The notes below the pieces were generated by a model. It was not told where the DNA came from and did no database searches. It was given only the letters and a program-made list of their open reading frames with translations. Position numbers and translations under genes: made by a program. Of a stretch of 64,000 bases of DNA, positions 1 through 14,929 are shown in pieces; within the stretch, counting starts at the first letter, position 1, and each line of letters opens with the position of its first letter. Source of the stretch: the human T2T-CHM13v2.0 reference genome, Homo sapiens; NCBI RefSeq assembly GCF_009914755.1, contig NC_060935.1; one strand, written 5' to 3'.

Positions 1-330
1 TTAGCCCATGGCTTCAACCCTAAGATTACTTCATGGTTCAAGAGACTACTGCAGCTACAGCCATCACTTTAGAATTGACTAGATGAAGGGCAAAAGGGGC
101 CTGTCTCTGCCAAGTCAGCTTCCATTAAGCAGCCTTTTTCAAAGTCCTTCACAACCTTGCTTCATGTTGTTCCCTGAAATTAATCATATGGCCACTGCTA
201 GCTGGTAGGGAGGTTGGAATATAAGTCCTTATTCCAGGCCACAATATGCTGGGTTAAAAATCAGTATTCTCCTGCAAAGGAAGAAGGGAAGAATGGGTAT
301 TAAGGAAGGCAACCAGCAGGCTCTGGCCCA
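1..330 (-). mobile_element. Old MaLR LTR fragment (MLT1K/L-like)
   Basis: Resembles the MLT1K-type reverse sequence (catatggccactgctagctg...ggaagaagggaagaatgggtatt...caaccagcagg). Confidence 0.55.
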
Positions 331-1123
331 GATGTGCATTTAACACATGAAGGATGGCCTCCCCAGGGTAGTTTTTGCACATTGTATCTTATCATTTCAG
401 TGTTGCTGTGAATGCTTCGTTTTTTTCATTTTAAGAAACCACAAAAAACAAGCAGTACTTCTGATTTGGATGACTTGGAAGCTGGTCTTTGTTTTATTTG
501 GTTTTCATTGAAAATTGGTATTATAAGGGTGGGAGTGTTTAGATCAGTGTTTTCCAAAGATCAACCAAGAGATTATCTTAGGTACCACATTGATTAATAT
601 TTTTAAATTTTGACATTCATATGTTTTTTACACTAATAGTCTATGTTAATTGAAACTGATGGTCCTTTATAAGAAGCAATTAAACAGTAATCAAGTAATC
701 AAGTTTTCTATTAAATTTTAGTTAAGAAAAAATTTCAGTTTTAAGAAAACTTAAGTGACCTTGAGAAACACTGATTTAAACAAGACTACCCTGATTTTGG
801 AAAATTGGAGTAGATGAGTTTGCTGGCTCAGTTTACACCATTTTTCTATTCATAGTAGCAAAGGACTTTAAAAAAAAATGCAGTACATGCACATGGTTAA
901 AAAATGCAAAGAGTTAAAATAATGATAAAAAGTAATCTCTTTCCCATCTTTCCCTAATCCCCCAGAAGCAACTATCAATAGACTTTTGATTTGAGATGTT
1001 ATACTTTGGTTTACCTTTCTAAAATTTATGATGAAGAATTGACTCCCCAGACAATATAGTTTAATTTTAAAATAGTGAAAATCACACTATTATTTTATAA
1101 AAATAAAAAATTATTGAACTTAA

Positions 1124-1446
<323 letters not shown>

Positions 1447-1526
1447 AACTGAGGGATTTTCTATCCAACTACAGCTGCTATCTCTGCTACTACTGTTGGA
1501 AGACATATAGCTTTAAGGCAAAGGAA

Positions 1527-1527
1527 A

Positions 1528-1564
<37 letters not shown>
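1527..1564. repeat. (AT)n plus T-run microsatellite at an Alu tail
   Basis: atatatat... followed by poly-T. Confidence 0.9.
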
Positions 1565-1843
1565 AAATTGAGACAGGATCTCACTCTGTCACCCAGGTTG
1601 GAGTACAGTGCCGCAATCATAACTCACTTCATCCTCAACTTCCTGAGCTCAGAGGATCCTCCTGCCTCAGCTTCCCGAGTAGGTGGGACTATAGGTGTGT
1701 GCTACCACATTGGCTAATTTTCTTGAGTTTTTTTTTGTAGGATTGGGGTCTCGCTATGTTGCCCAGGCTGGTCTTGAACTCCTGAGCTCAAGCATTCTTC
1801 CCACCTCAGCCTCCCAAAGTATTGGGATGAGCCACTGTGCCCC
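1550..1843 (-). mobile_element. AluJ-like
   Basis: Diverged reverse Alu dimer with J-type features (gagctcaag, cctcccacctcagc). Confidence 0.9.
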
Positions 1844-3199
1844 ATGAAAATACCTTTAAAACCAAAAGCAGGACAACCCTTATTCCCACTGTCTTAAATA
1901 AACAAATTTGAATTTTTTCCATGTTTGTTGAGTAGGACTTTTTCTTTCATAATTGACTTAAACTTGGGTATGTTTGTATGTTATTGCAAATATAATACAT
2001 TACCCATCATGTAACTTGTAGATCTAAAGGCTTTGTCATTTCCTTTGCTGGGGAAATGATACTTGGTCTCCCATTGCCTGACCACTGTGTATAACACTAA
2101 TTATTGTAGAACTACAGTGGTGCTATAGAGATGGCTAAGAGAGGCCCAGGATTTCCAGTTTTTTTGTGTGTGTGTTTTTTTTTTGTGCCCATAAATAATT
2201 TTTACACTTCTCTGTTTTCTCAGAAAAAATATTTACTTGTGAGGTAATATTTGACTTACATGTAACTGGGCAGTGTTGGATTTGGTTTTGAGAAGTATGA
2301 GAAAATGGAAAAATGATATTTTTACCTGAAATATCAGAGGTTAAATTTTTAATATTTGTACAATGTAAAGTCATATTGTTTCTGCTTATATTTAAAGTCC
2401 TAACCATGAAATGGGTAATTTATAGAATATCTAATATCGAATGTGGACCATTGTATTCTCGATAGTCATACACATAATAGTTTCTGAAGACTGTTAGTTT
2501 CACTTAAATTTGATAGTTGCTAGCAGGAGATAGGAAAAAATGTTCTTGCTGGGCATAAATCTTTCTAAGTATGTTTAGTATCATTCTCAACTAAAGTTAG
2601 TGTACTTTGGTATAATATGCTTAAGAGGAACCTTGGGTGCTTCTAGTTTTAAAATGATGAAGTAGCAATACTTTTGACCTTTCATCTCTTGGAAATGTTC
2701 TCTAAAGGCTGGAAGAATAAGAAATGGAAAGCTCCATTTTGATGCAACTAGGGAACTTCTGTCATCCCTCATCCCCAGTCACAGCTATTGAAGGTGGTGG
2801 AGTGGTAACTGACTTCCAGAGCAGACACCTGAGTCCTCATAGTGGGGCCACCATTGGGAAACAAGCAAGTTTTGTCCCTTGGATCCCAGAACAGCACAGG
2901 AATTGGAAGTATCAGGTATCTCAAAAGACAGGGGTGGGGCAGATGTGCTTGAGACTCAGGGAAATTAAGCAGCAGAAGCCCTAAGATGAGACACCTGACT
3001 GAGAACAGAGGATGAGTAAAACACCTGCAAACTAATAACTGCCCAGCAGCCAGAAGACTGGAAATTAGGGAATGCTTTTTAAGAGACACTGAAGGGCCCC
3101 ACAGAAGAGACAGATACTGACTTTTGTGGATTCCCCAATGACAAAGCTGATTGGCCCGTTGATTGCATTGTATTGAGGGTCACAGTGTAATCACCTCAC

Positions 3200-4140
3200 C
3201 TATGAACTCTAATCGATATTTTAATGCAGCCAAGATGAGAGTGACCAAAACAATCAAGAAGGAACTTAGAGGAACAAAATATAAAGAGTAGAAGAAAATG
3301 TAAATGTGTAAACAAACTATAATTAATATCCTCAGAGATTAGATAATGGATCTATAATAAGAACAAGATGCTGTTAAAAGCGAGAAGGAGAGTGAGAGTG
3401 TGCAAAAGGGCAGTCGGAATATGGAAGATTCTTCAAAGTAGCAAAATTGACAACCTACATTTAAAAAGTACATAGATGGTTTGGAAGATAAAGTTGAAGA
3501 AATTTATAGGAAAGTAGAGCAAAAAGAAAAGTAAGATTAATAGAGAAACTGTTAAGTCCAAATTCCAATTTATAGGGATTCTAGGAAGAGAAAAATGTGA
3601 GGCAGATATTATTAAACAATTAACATAAGAAACTTTTCAGAACTGAAGATCATGAATTTTAAGACCCACCAATGCCTAGCACCAGTGAGTGGAAAAACAC
3701 CCACTCATTTGGGTGCATTTTCATGATGGAGTTCTACAGACTAAGTGATAATTGTAAAAGCCCCAATGATAAAAAAAAAAGCAGGTTACATAGAAATGGT
3801 GGGAAGTAAGAATGGTGAAACATTTTAAAATGATACTTGCGTTAGAAGACAACGGAGAGTTGTCTAAAATTTTTTTGTTAAAAATGATTTCCTACTTAGA
3901 ATTCTATACCCAGTTAAGCTATTATATGTGTGGTTAGAAAATAGACTTTTTACAAAAAGATATACACAATTTAAAAAATGTTGTCTTTTAAACTGTCATA
4001 TAAGGAGACATGATGACTAAATGTGGTATATCCTGGATATCCTGGATGGGATCCTAGATCAGAAAAAGGACATTCAGTAACAAGTAAGGAAATCTGAATA
4101 AGATATGGACTTTCATTAATTGTATCAATATTGGTTCATG
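3200..4140 (+). mobile_element. Old L1M fragments (ORF1-like region joined to an L1MC/ME-type 3' segment)
   Basis: A-rich, with L1 motifs gaagataaagttgaagaaat, cttagaattctatacccagttaagcta and atcctggatgggatcctagatcagaaaaaggacatt. Confidence 0.6.
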
Positions 4141-4149
4141 TGTATGTGA

Positions 4150-4524
4150 GGTGTATTCAGGAATGTTCTCAGGAATAACACCTGTGAGGAAGCAAAAGAA
4201 GCAGAATTGAGCAGAGGGAGAAATTGAACTATGATGCAGGTATAGCAAAGGTTGTAGCTGATACCATTGGCCCTGAACATAGGATGGCTCTAGAGAGATG
4301 CCTAAATGAGGTAAGGGAGCCCAACCTTTGTCCCTGAGTGTGGCCTCGCCATTAGACATGTACTGCCCAGGGGAGCAAGGCAGCCCGCCTTTGGCTGAGA
4401 GCAGTTACTGGGAGAGACTCAGTCCTGAGCTGGCAGCAGGTAACACTCCTGGCAAGAAAGGATTGATTGAGTACCTCTTTGCCGGAAGGGAGGATCTGGC
4501 TGGTGCACTAACAGTATCCATTAC
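4150..4524. mobile_element. Ancient ERVL-class LTR (LTR33/LTR16-like); related fragment near 54050-54205
   Basis: Resembles the remembered LTR33-type sequence (ctcaggaataacacctgtgagg...gcagagggagaaattgaac...cagtatccattaca). Confidence 0.5.
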
Positions 4525-4867
4525 AAACTCCAACAACTGGAGAATCAGGAAAAGGAAGACAATATACATGAGGCAGATTTCAGAATCTCTAGACCTGGCA
4601 TATTCTGGCCTTTCTAAGACTGTTTTTAGTTTTATGGTATGCTGGTTTTTAGATCAGCCCAAAGTTGGCAATTTTAAACATGGATACGCACATGCAACAG
4701 TTATCTGTATTCTTTTGAAAGAGATTCCAGTCAAATGTTTAGATGCACAGTACTGAGTGACTTTATGTAGTTTCATTCTTCAGCATATTTTCATTAAGAG
4801 ATTTCTGAGCCCTTAATCTGAGAAATCTAGTGATACTGCCATCAATTCATTGCTGTAATCATATATA

Positions 4868-6350
4868 TAGTCATATGTCATTTAATGGTGGGGATACATT
4901 CTGAGAAATGTGTTGCTAGACAACACATTTGTTGTTGTACAAACATCAACAGCCTGTACTTCTACAAATCTAGATGGTTTAACCTACTGTTCATACCTAG
5001 GTTATATGGTATGGCCTAAAGCTCCTAGGCTACAAACCTGTATATAATAGCATGTTACTATACTGAATACTATAGGCAGTTGTAACACAGTGGTATTTGT
5101 GTATCTAAATATATCCAAACATAGAAAAAGTACAGTAAAAATATGGTACAAAAGATTAAAAAGGGCCAAGGATGGTGTCTTATGCCTGTAATCCCAGCTT
5201 TTGGAAGGCCGAGGTGGGAGCATTGCTTGAGGTTATGAGTTCAACATAGCAAGACCTGGTCTCTACAGGAAAAAAAAAGGTTGGTCAGGTATGGTAGCAT
5301 GTGCCTGTAGCTACACGGGGGGCTAAGACAAGAGGATCACTTGAGCCCAAGAGTGAGAGGCTGTAGTGAGCTATGATCACACCATTGCACTCTAGCCTGG
5401 GTGACAGAGCAAGACCCTGACTCTTAAAAATAAACAAACAAAAGATTAAAAATGGCACATCTGTCTAGGACGCTTACTGTGAATGGAACCTGCAGGACTG
5501 GAGTTTTTCTGGGTAAGTGAGTGAGTGAGTGGTGAGTGAATGTGAAGGCCTAGGATATTACTGTAGACTTTATAAACGTTTAATACTTGGGCTATACTGA
5601 ATTTATTTAAAAATTTTTTCTTTAATAACTAGCTTACTGTAACCCTTTTACTTTATAAATTTATCTTGCTTATCTTTTGGACTTCTGTAATAACACTTAG
5701 CTTAAAAAAGAAACACATTGTATACTGTACAAAAATATCTTCTTTATATCCTTATTCCATTTTTAATTTTTGAAATTTTATTTTTTACTTTTTAAGCTTT
5801 TTTTTGTTAAAAACAGAGATATAAAACATACACACTGGCCTGGGCCTACACCAGGTCAGGATCCTCAATATCAGTGTCTTTTACCTCCACATTTTGTCCC
5901 ATTGGAAGGTCTTCAGACTCAATCACACACATAGAGCTGCCATCTCCTATGATAACAGTGCTTTCTTCTGGAGTATCTCCTGAAGGACCTGCCTGAGGCT
6001 GTTTTACAGCTAACTTTTTTCCTGTAAAGCAGAAGGAGTATACTCTAATGTGAAAAAGTATAGTATTATAGTAAATACATAACTCAGTAGCATAGTTGTT
6101 TATTATCATTATCGAGCACTATATGTTATATATAATTGTATGTGTTCTACTTTTCTATTACTGGCATAGTTGTAGGTTTGTTACACCAGCATGACCACAA
6201 ACACGTGATTAATGCATTACGTTATGACATTATGACAGCTACAGTGTCACTAGATGATAGGAATTTTCCAGCTCCATTGTAATCTTAGGGGACCAGAGCT
6301 GTATATGTGGTCCTTTGTTGACCAAAACATTGTTATGCAGCTGCTGACTG
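4868..6350 (+). mobile_element. Tigger3b (Golem) DNA transposon, interrupted by an Alu
   Basis: Ends (c/t)agtcatatgtcatttaatggtggggatacattctgagaaatg and cattgttatgcagctgctgactg, both flanked by TA. Confidence 0.85.
5164..5437 (+). mobile_element. AluJ-like inserted in Tigger3b
   Basis: 15-bp TSD ACAAAAGATTAAAAA at 5148-5162 and 5438-5452. Confidence 0.9.
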
Positions 6351-6836
6351 TATGTGGTTTGCTTGCTCCACAGTTGTAGGCTTAATGCAGAATAATCTAG
6401 TTACCAACAGGATTTGTAAATAGGTCAGTGGCTAATAGGTGTTAGTGTAGGAAAGTGTAAGATACTGTACTTGTAAATAAAGACTTTTGAGAAACCAGGT
6501 TGTCAGGAAAACTGTCCAAGTCTTGCGTGTTTTGCAACTTTTTAGACCAACTAAATGCCGATCATCATTTAAACACTTACCAAATGTCTACTGAACACCT
6601 ACCTTGTGCATGTTGCCTAGCAAGGAGACTAGAATCTTACAGAAGAATTAAGACATGTAGATGTAAGGAAATACAATTCAAAATAGAGTGGTAAAGTGCC
6701 ATAGACTTAAAGATGTGCCAAGTGTTGTGGGAGTTTAGAAAGAGGAAGTTTTCTTTCACGTAAAGTGATCTAGAACAGTGAAGTTGGTGGATCTTCAATA
6801 AGGCTTTGATGGAAGAGGGTAGGAGGTGAGGTTCTG

Positions 6837-7388
6837 TGTTGGAAACAGGGCTTGTGGGGTGCCTGCATAAACTGCCCATAAAAATAGGGGACAATAAGTT
6901 CTGGAAAGCCACAAGAGGCCTCTGAGGAGGAAAGCCTCCTAATTGCCATCATGTTCCCATGCTCAGAGTGAGAGCTGCTCTCTTATCTGTAAACACTGTG
7001 TTCAAGGAGAAAGACACTCCTTTGAAGCGTTGGAATGTGGACAGATATGCAGGCTCCTAGTTAAGCCTACTCCCACCAGCTACTCTTCGATAAGTTAAAG
7101 ATATGCTGTTTGAACACAAAGGAGATTCACTTAAACCGCCACTGCTATAGATTATGTGCATGACGGACTGCCTTCCATTCACCATTTTGCCCTGAACGTC
7201 TGCTTCTTAGATCTAAGTGACTGTACTCAATAAAAAGTGTGGAGACCAGAGCTCTGAGCCTTTTGCAGCCTCCATTTTGCAATTGGCTCTCTGGCCCCCA
7301 CTCTTTATGCATTCTTAACCTGTCTCATTCCTTCATTGCCACTGGATTTTGAGTACCCTGCGGGTGGTGTTGAGGCTGGTCCCCAACA
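6837..7388 (+). mobile_element. Solo LTR of a betaretrovirus-like ERV (LTR14C-like, HERV-K HML-1 group)
   Basis: TGTTGG...CCAACA termini, perfect 6-bp TSD GTTCTG (6831-6836, 7389-7394), AATAAA at 7229-7234. Confidence 0.85.
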
Positions 7389-7577
7389 GTTCTGGGGTCT
7401 TGGAGAGGGGAGAAAAGTTTATCACAGAGAAAAGGAAGAGGAGAAAAGTGGAAACAATTAGAATATGTGTATCCATCACTTATGAAATGTTAGTGAATCA
7501 ATAACAAGAATACAGTATAAAATTTGGATTCCTGTGCCTCTAAAAACAGTCGGGAGATGAAAAGTTACAGAAAATTA

Positions 7578-8050
7578 TGTTCATTGCTACTCTAGTCACA
7601 ATACCAAAGACATGGAATTAGTCCAGGTGCCCATCAATGGTAGATTGGGTAAAGAAAATGTGGTGCATATACACCATGGAATACTACACAGCCATGAAAA
7701 AGAATAAAATCATGTCCTTTGCAGCAACATAGATGAAATTAGAGGCCATAATCTTAAGCAAATTAACACAGGAACAGAAGACCAAATACTGCATGTTCTT
7801 ACTTATAAGTGGGAGCTAAACACTGAGCACACGTGGAAATAAATATGCAAACAGTAGACACTGTGGTCTACTAGAGGGTGGAGGGAAAGGGGGTGAGTTG
7901 AAAAACTACCTATCAGGTACTATCCTCACTACCTGTGTGGTGGGATATATACCCACAACCTCAGCATCAAGCAATATTCCCATGTAACAAACCTCCACAT
8001 GTACCCTCTATATCTAAAATAAAAGTTGAAATTAAAAAAACAAAAACAAA
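7578..8050 (+). mobile_element. 5'-truncated L1 3' end (L1PB-like) with A-rich tail
   Basis: ORF2 C-terminal motif aaaatgtggtgcatatacaccatggaatactac, then 3' UTR ending tctaaaataaaagttg and an A-tail. Confidence 0.85.
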
Positions 8051-8129
8051 AGTTATGAATTGATCATGAGGTTGGAGGAGATTTTATAAGATGCTCAGTT
8101 TTCTGTAATTAGGTTCTCCCACAAACATT

Positions 8130-9040
8130 TAAATCTGTTAGTTACTAATGTTTCCTATAAACAGGACAATAGTGACAAAAACACATGGGTTACCTTTGGA
8201 AGATGCCAGAGTACCAGTTTATTTTGAAAACTGATAAATAAAGGCAAAAAAAAATTCAAACATTTATCTTGTGTTCTTATGCAATCTATATATCATGGTA
8301 ACTAACTAATGAGGAATAATTTGTCTCTGGAAATATTCCAGCTAATAGATGAAGATGAATGATTGAACTCTAATATGACCATTTTGCAACCCCTAATGAA
8401 ATAATGGATCTCAGTGGTGACCAGCAGTGGCTGCTAATATAACAAAACAAAAGATAACCAGACATATGCTTCCTGATGTAAAAATGCATTATCCCTTATG
8501 AAGTACTCCTACCAAAAAAATCAAACCTGAATTTGATCAATATCTATATCCAACCACCATGGGACAGAGGAACATGTTAAATGGTATCAAGGACAGGCTG
8601 AGAAAGCACAAACCTATGACCTAATATCTTAAACCAATAAATTGAGAGGGTGAAGGGAAGAAAGGGGAGAGGGGTTATAGACATGGTTAATTGACATATT
8701 AACAAATTTTATTATGGAACATTTTGAATCCTGATTGGAACAATTGTTAAAAGTCTTTTGAAACATTTGGCAGAATTTATAGTGATTACATATTGGATGT
8801 CAAGGAATTGTTATTTATAATTTTAGGAATGAGATAATGGTATTGTGGCTATTTTTCATAGCAGAAACATACTGTAATAGTTATGAATGAAGTGAAATAA
8901 TGTTTTTACTTCAAAATAATCCAGTGTGAGAGGAAGCAGGAGGGAATATTAGATGAAGCAAGGTTAACCTCAAGTTGTTGATTGGTGAAGCTGAGCTATG
9001 GGTACCTAGGGGTTTGTTATACTGTTCTCTGGATATTTCA
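8130..9040 (+). mobile_element. Old L1ME/MC 3' region
   Basis: Motifs caccattttgcaacccctaatgaaataatggatct and aaatcaaacctgaatttgatcaa. Confidence 0.65.
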
Positions 9041-9499
9041 ACTTTTTTTTTCTTTTTTTTTTTTAATTCTGGAAAGATATCAGCTAAGCAAGAACATGAT
9101 GAAAGTCTACAAGATTATGAGAGATATGGCTAGGGAGACTATGAATGTGTTTACCATATTTCTGAATAGTAAAATTAGGGACCATCTTGTATAATTGGAA
9201 AGAAGTGAATACAAGAAAATCCTACTTTACACCATAACTTGTTTTTCAAAGTCTGTAAATGTTTTGGAAAAACTCGTATTTAGAGAATTTGGGGAGGCAT
9301 CCCTTTTTGAAGCAGACATCTGTGCTTTGAACTTGTAACATGATTCTAGTATTCCAGAGATAAGATATCATGGTATAGCCTGCCCTATATAAATTTCAAT
9401 GTTTCTGCTACATAAAGTTTTTGAGGTTGTAAGGCAAATATGGTTTCTCATAGAATAATTAAGACCATTTTCTATTTACTTTTACTACCCTTTGTTTTA

Positions 9500-10172
9500 A
9501 AAAGTAGCTTATGAAGATATATACAGTAAGTATGTACTTAAGTGTACAGCTCAGTGAATCTACACACACACAGTAGTAACTGCCACCCTGAAAAGATACA
9601 GAATATTTCCTGTATCCTGGAAGATTCCCGTATTGCCCTTCCCTGTTATCTACTCCACTATCCAGAGATAACCAGTATTCTGACTTCTGTCACCATAGAT
9701 TAGTTTTACCTTTTCTTAAACTTACATTTTTATGTCAGACTTTTTGTAATGTCTTAGAGATTCATTCATGTTTTGCATATATCAGTAGTTCTTTTTTTAT
9801 TTTCTTTTTTATTGCTGTTTAGTTTTGCTTCTTTTGTTTTCTCTTTTATTGCTGTTTAGTATTCCATTGTTTGTCTATATCTCAATTTACTTATTCTTCT
9901 GTCGATTAATATTTAGTTGTATTTACCTACTATGCATCAACTAAGCTACTGTGAACATTCTTTGGGGTAGACATTAATGCATTTCTGTCTCTTGAGAATT
10001 GGTGGGTTAAGGTAGGCATATTTTTAGTTCTGAACATATTGGCAAATAGTATTTTCCAAAATAATTGTACCAATTTACAGTGCCACCAGCAATGTGTGAG
10101 AGTCTAGTTGCTCCACATTCTTTTTAACACTTGGTTTTGAAGTCTTTTTAAAATTTTAGCTATTGCGGTGTG
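9500..10172 (-). mobile_element. Old L1ME/MB 3' end
   Basis: Motifs taagtgtacagctcagtgaat, ctgacttctgtcaccatagattagtttt and accaatttacagtgccaccagcaatgtgtgagag. Confidence 0.7.
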
Positions 10173-10324
10173 TATTCAACCTTAGATTTGAACCGCTGGT
10201 ATTGTTCTGTCTTTTACATCAAAGTGTCACACTGGTCCTTTTGTATGTAATTGGTGGGTCCTAACTATGACCAATTCCTCAATGTAATTCTTAGACTAAA
10301 CTATTGCTTTTTTCCCTTTCCCAG

Positions 10325-10371
10325 TTGTCACAGGTAGTACTGATGGAATTGGAAAATCATATGCAGAAGAG
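10325..10371 (+). CDS. HSD17B12: HSD17B12 coding exon (exon 2, 47 nt): (V)VTGSTDGIGKSYAEE, containing the SDR TGxxxGIG cofactor-binding motif
   Basis: Acceptor ttttttccctttcccag|TTGTCA, donor GAAGAG|gtaggt. Phase 1 start, phase 0 end. Confidence 0.97.
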
Positions 10372-11039
10372 GTAGGTGATTTTCAAGATCTTTCCTTTTA
10401 ATATAAAAAATAAGAATAAATATGGGATGATTTCTTATAGTAGTTTTGATTTTTGAAGTAAAAAACACAAATATAATGTTGCATGGTACAATAGATGCTT
10501 TTTGTTTCTACCTTGTTGGAAATACCATATTTGCCTAAACAGACACAATTTTTTGAAACAAATTTCATGTAAAATAAGTATAAAACTTTCTGGTTGTACT
10601 GGGTAGTTGGAACTGGGAACAATTTAGTGTAATTTTATTTTATGTCATGTAAGTGTGTACAGTCTTCAGATTTGAAAGTCAATTATTTTGAACTATTTTC
10701 CAAAAAATGAAAATATTATAGGTGGTTACATTTCTAGGCTAGTCCATGACATCATTTTCACAAGAAGGACTGTGATTAACAGAAAGGTATTGATAGACAC
10801 AGGCAAAGGGTTCAGATTCTCTGCAATGAAATTAAAGAACAGGAGAGCATCATAGTTTGAAGACCACTGGACAAAGCAGGAGCCGGGGCAGTATTCTTTA
10901 GGCAAGTTTCCCTGCCTTCTGGTCCCTGTGAAGGCACCTACAGCCTATGATGAAGTGATCTGGAACAGTGGGGTGATTCTAATAAAGATCCCAGCAGATT
11001 CACTGGATCTTCTATTTATCATTCTCAAAAGGTCTTTTT

Positions 11040-12290
<1,251 letters not shown>

Positions 12291-12798
12291 ATTTCGCAAA
12301 TCATCACCAACCTTTTTATTTTTATAAAAAATGTTCTTCCATAGCTTCATTTGCAATATCACTCACTACTTAATAAACCCTGACTTTAGGATTTAAGACT
12401 GGAATATTAGTTTGCTAAATCACTTTTAGTTGATAGCACCTAATTTATTGCTCATTTATATTCTGTCTAGAATATTTCACTAAATAGTTTTGTGCAGATT
12501 AGTGCTTTTTTTCCTCTACTACTATATTTATGTGTCCTGGGATAGTAACCACATTTGTGTAAATCTTTTTCATTATGTACAACACTTACATATGCTGGGT
12601 ATGTACACAGAAGGTGTTCCTCAGGAAATTCTTTATTTATTCAATTAACTTCTTTAGTTTGCCATGGTCCATAAAGTATAATGCTCAACTTAAAATTTTA
12701 AAAATAATTATGTTTTTAGGAATTTTTAAAATTTTAGTAGTAGTTTCCTTTGCCAGTCCTCTGATGTTTGTTTTATATATCCATTCTGCAGCAAAAAC

Positions 12799-13125
12799 TT
12801 TTTTTTTTTTTTTTTGAGATGGAGTCTTGCTCTGTTGCCCAGGCTGGAGTGTAGTGGTGGGTGCAATCACGGCTCACTGCAGTCTAGACTTCCTGGGCTC
12901 AGGTGATCCTCCCACCTCAGCCTCCTGAGTAGCTGGAACTACAGGCATGTGCCACCACACCCAGATAATTAAAAAAAAAAAAAAAATTTTTTTTTTTTTA
13001 ATTTTTTGTAGAGATGGGATTTTACTATGTTGCCCAGGATGGTTTTGGACTCCTGGGCTTAAGCAATTCTCCCACTTCGGCCTCCTGAATTGCTGGGATT
13101 ACAGGCGTGAACCACTGTGCTTGGC
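12799..13125 (-). mobile_element. AluJ-like
   Basis: Reverse Alu dimer; AAAACTTTTTT on both flanks; expanded linker. Confidence 0.92.
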
Positions 13126-13458
13126 ATAAAACTTTTTTAAAGCTAATTTTTAAATTATAGAAGTGGTAGACACTTAAAGGTTTAAAAAACCCAAATAGTA
13201 TAGATGATATAAAATGAAAAAGTAAAAGTCTCCCTCCTTCTAAAACCCTTTCACATTTAAATACTAGCTTGGCTTAGAAAGATAACTTTTTGGGGCATTT
13301 TTTTGGTAAAATCTCTATTTTGGATTATGTCTTCATTACACTTGGGTTTATATTTTGAACTATCATCTGGACAGGTTTTCTTAAAATGGGGGTTATAGCT
13401 CATTAATGTTTTTCAGTGACATGCACAGGTGTGATTCAAATCTCCTTTACTGTTTCAG

Positions 13459-13534
13459 TTAGCAAAGCATGGAATGAAGGTTGTCCTTATCAGCAGATCA
13501 AAGGATAAACTTGACCAGGTTTCCAGTGAAATAA
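13459..13534 (+). CDS. HSD17B12: HSD17B12 coding exon (exon 3, 76 nt): LAKHGMKVVLISRSKDKLDQVSSEI(K)
   Basis: Acceptor tctcctttactgtttcag|TTAGCA, donor GAAATAA|gtaagt. Continues in frame from the previous exon. Confidence 0.97.
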
Positions 13535-13703
13535 GTAAGTTCTCACATCAAACAAAAGGAATACATAGCTAATTAATGTTTTCAAGCAGTTATCCGATAC
13601 TGACATAGTTATTTCTAGTTCAGGAAACTTCTTTTTCAAGGAGAGATATCATTAAAGAGCATGAAAAAGCACAGGATGCTTTAAAAATGGATCATCAATT
13701 TTA

Positions 13704-14047
<344 letters not shown>

Positions 14048-14285
14048 TTAAAATGTCTTTTACTAATTTATTTTTGTCTTGTCAGTAGTCAAATTATCTG
14101 ATTATTTTATCGTATTCTGCTGAAATGTCTAAACTTGTTTGCTGTGACTTCATTTCAGTATTCCTGAATGTTTTTTACTCTTTTTATCTCAGTGTTTCTA
14201 AATGTATAACACATATGTGTTAGGAAAAATAGAAAAGATAGCAATACCCATGTGACAGGGAAAATCTTTTGAACTTTCTTCTTAG

Positions 14286-14299
14286 GCAATTATACTTGA
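14286..14299 (+). CDS. HSD17B12: Coding part of a probable alternative terminal exon of HSD17B12: A|GC AAT TAT ACT TGA = SNYT-stop
   Basis: Acceptor aatcttttgaactttcttcttag|G joins the phase-1 end of exon 3. Matches my recollection of a short annotated isoform in which KEKF is replaced by SNYT (not verified here). Confidence 0.75.
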
Positions 14300-14923
14300 G
14301 ACCTGAATTACAATATGGCAAAGACTCTTAACTAACTTCTACTCAATCAACCAGATGGATAAACCAATGCTGTTCATTTGTTTGGTAAAACATACTAACT
14401 GATGTCCCCAGTTTGCTGACCATTTGTGGCCAGGAAGCTTCTGTGTATAATGCTTATATACTTTTATCCTCACAAATCAAATTGTTTACTTATTAAGAGT
14501 CAATTTGTGTTTGTTTCCAAACTTATGTTGGGTATATTTTTTATTAAATATTCTGTAAAATGATGAACTATTAGTGTAAAAGCTAGAGTTAGTTCTATAA
14601 AAACTAAGTTGAATGCTCTAAAAAAAGTGAGTAAAATTACTTCTTTGAAAAATTGGCCGTCAAATTAGTGTTGAACAAAGACAAATGTAAAATATTGGAA
14701 GAACTTACAAAAAAGAAATCTGCTCTCCTGATTGTTTCATATGTGTTGAAGTTTGTGCTGTACTTTACTAGAACTGAAATTGTAATCATAAATGATAGAA
14801 TATGGGTGTGATGCATGCAAGAAAGACTGGAATTCAAGTCCGCAGATCCAATCTCAAAGACAAGGTCTTGGCCCTACACAGAGGATTGGTGAATGAATTA
14901 CATTTATACATGGTTTAAGTGAA

Positions 14924-14929
14924 AATAAA
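14924..14929 (+). terminator. Candidate polyadenylation signal (AATAAA) for the alternative terminal exon; an ATTAAA at 14543-14548 is an alternative
   Basis: First canonical hexamers downstream of the SNYT stop, followed by GT/T-rich sequence. Usage is inferred. Confidence 0.4.

Noticed and set aside
4328-4756. 142-aa ORF
   Set aside because: Starts at a non-ATG codon inside an ancient LTR remnant; no similarity to a protein family I recognise.
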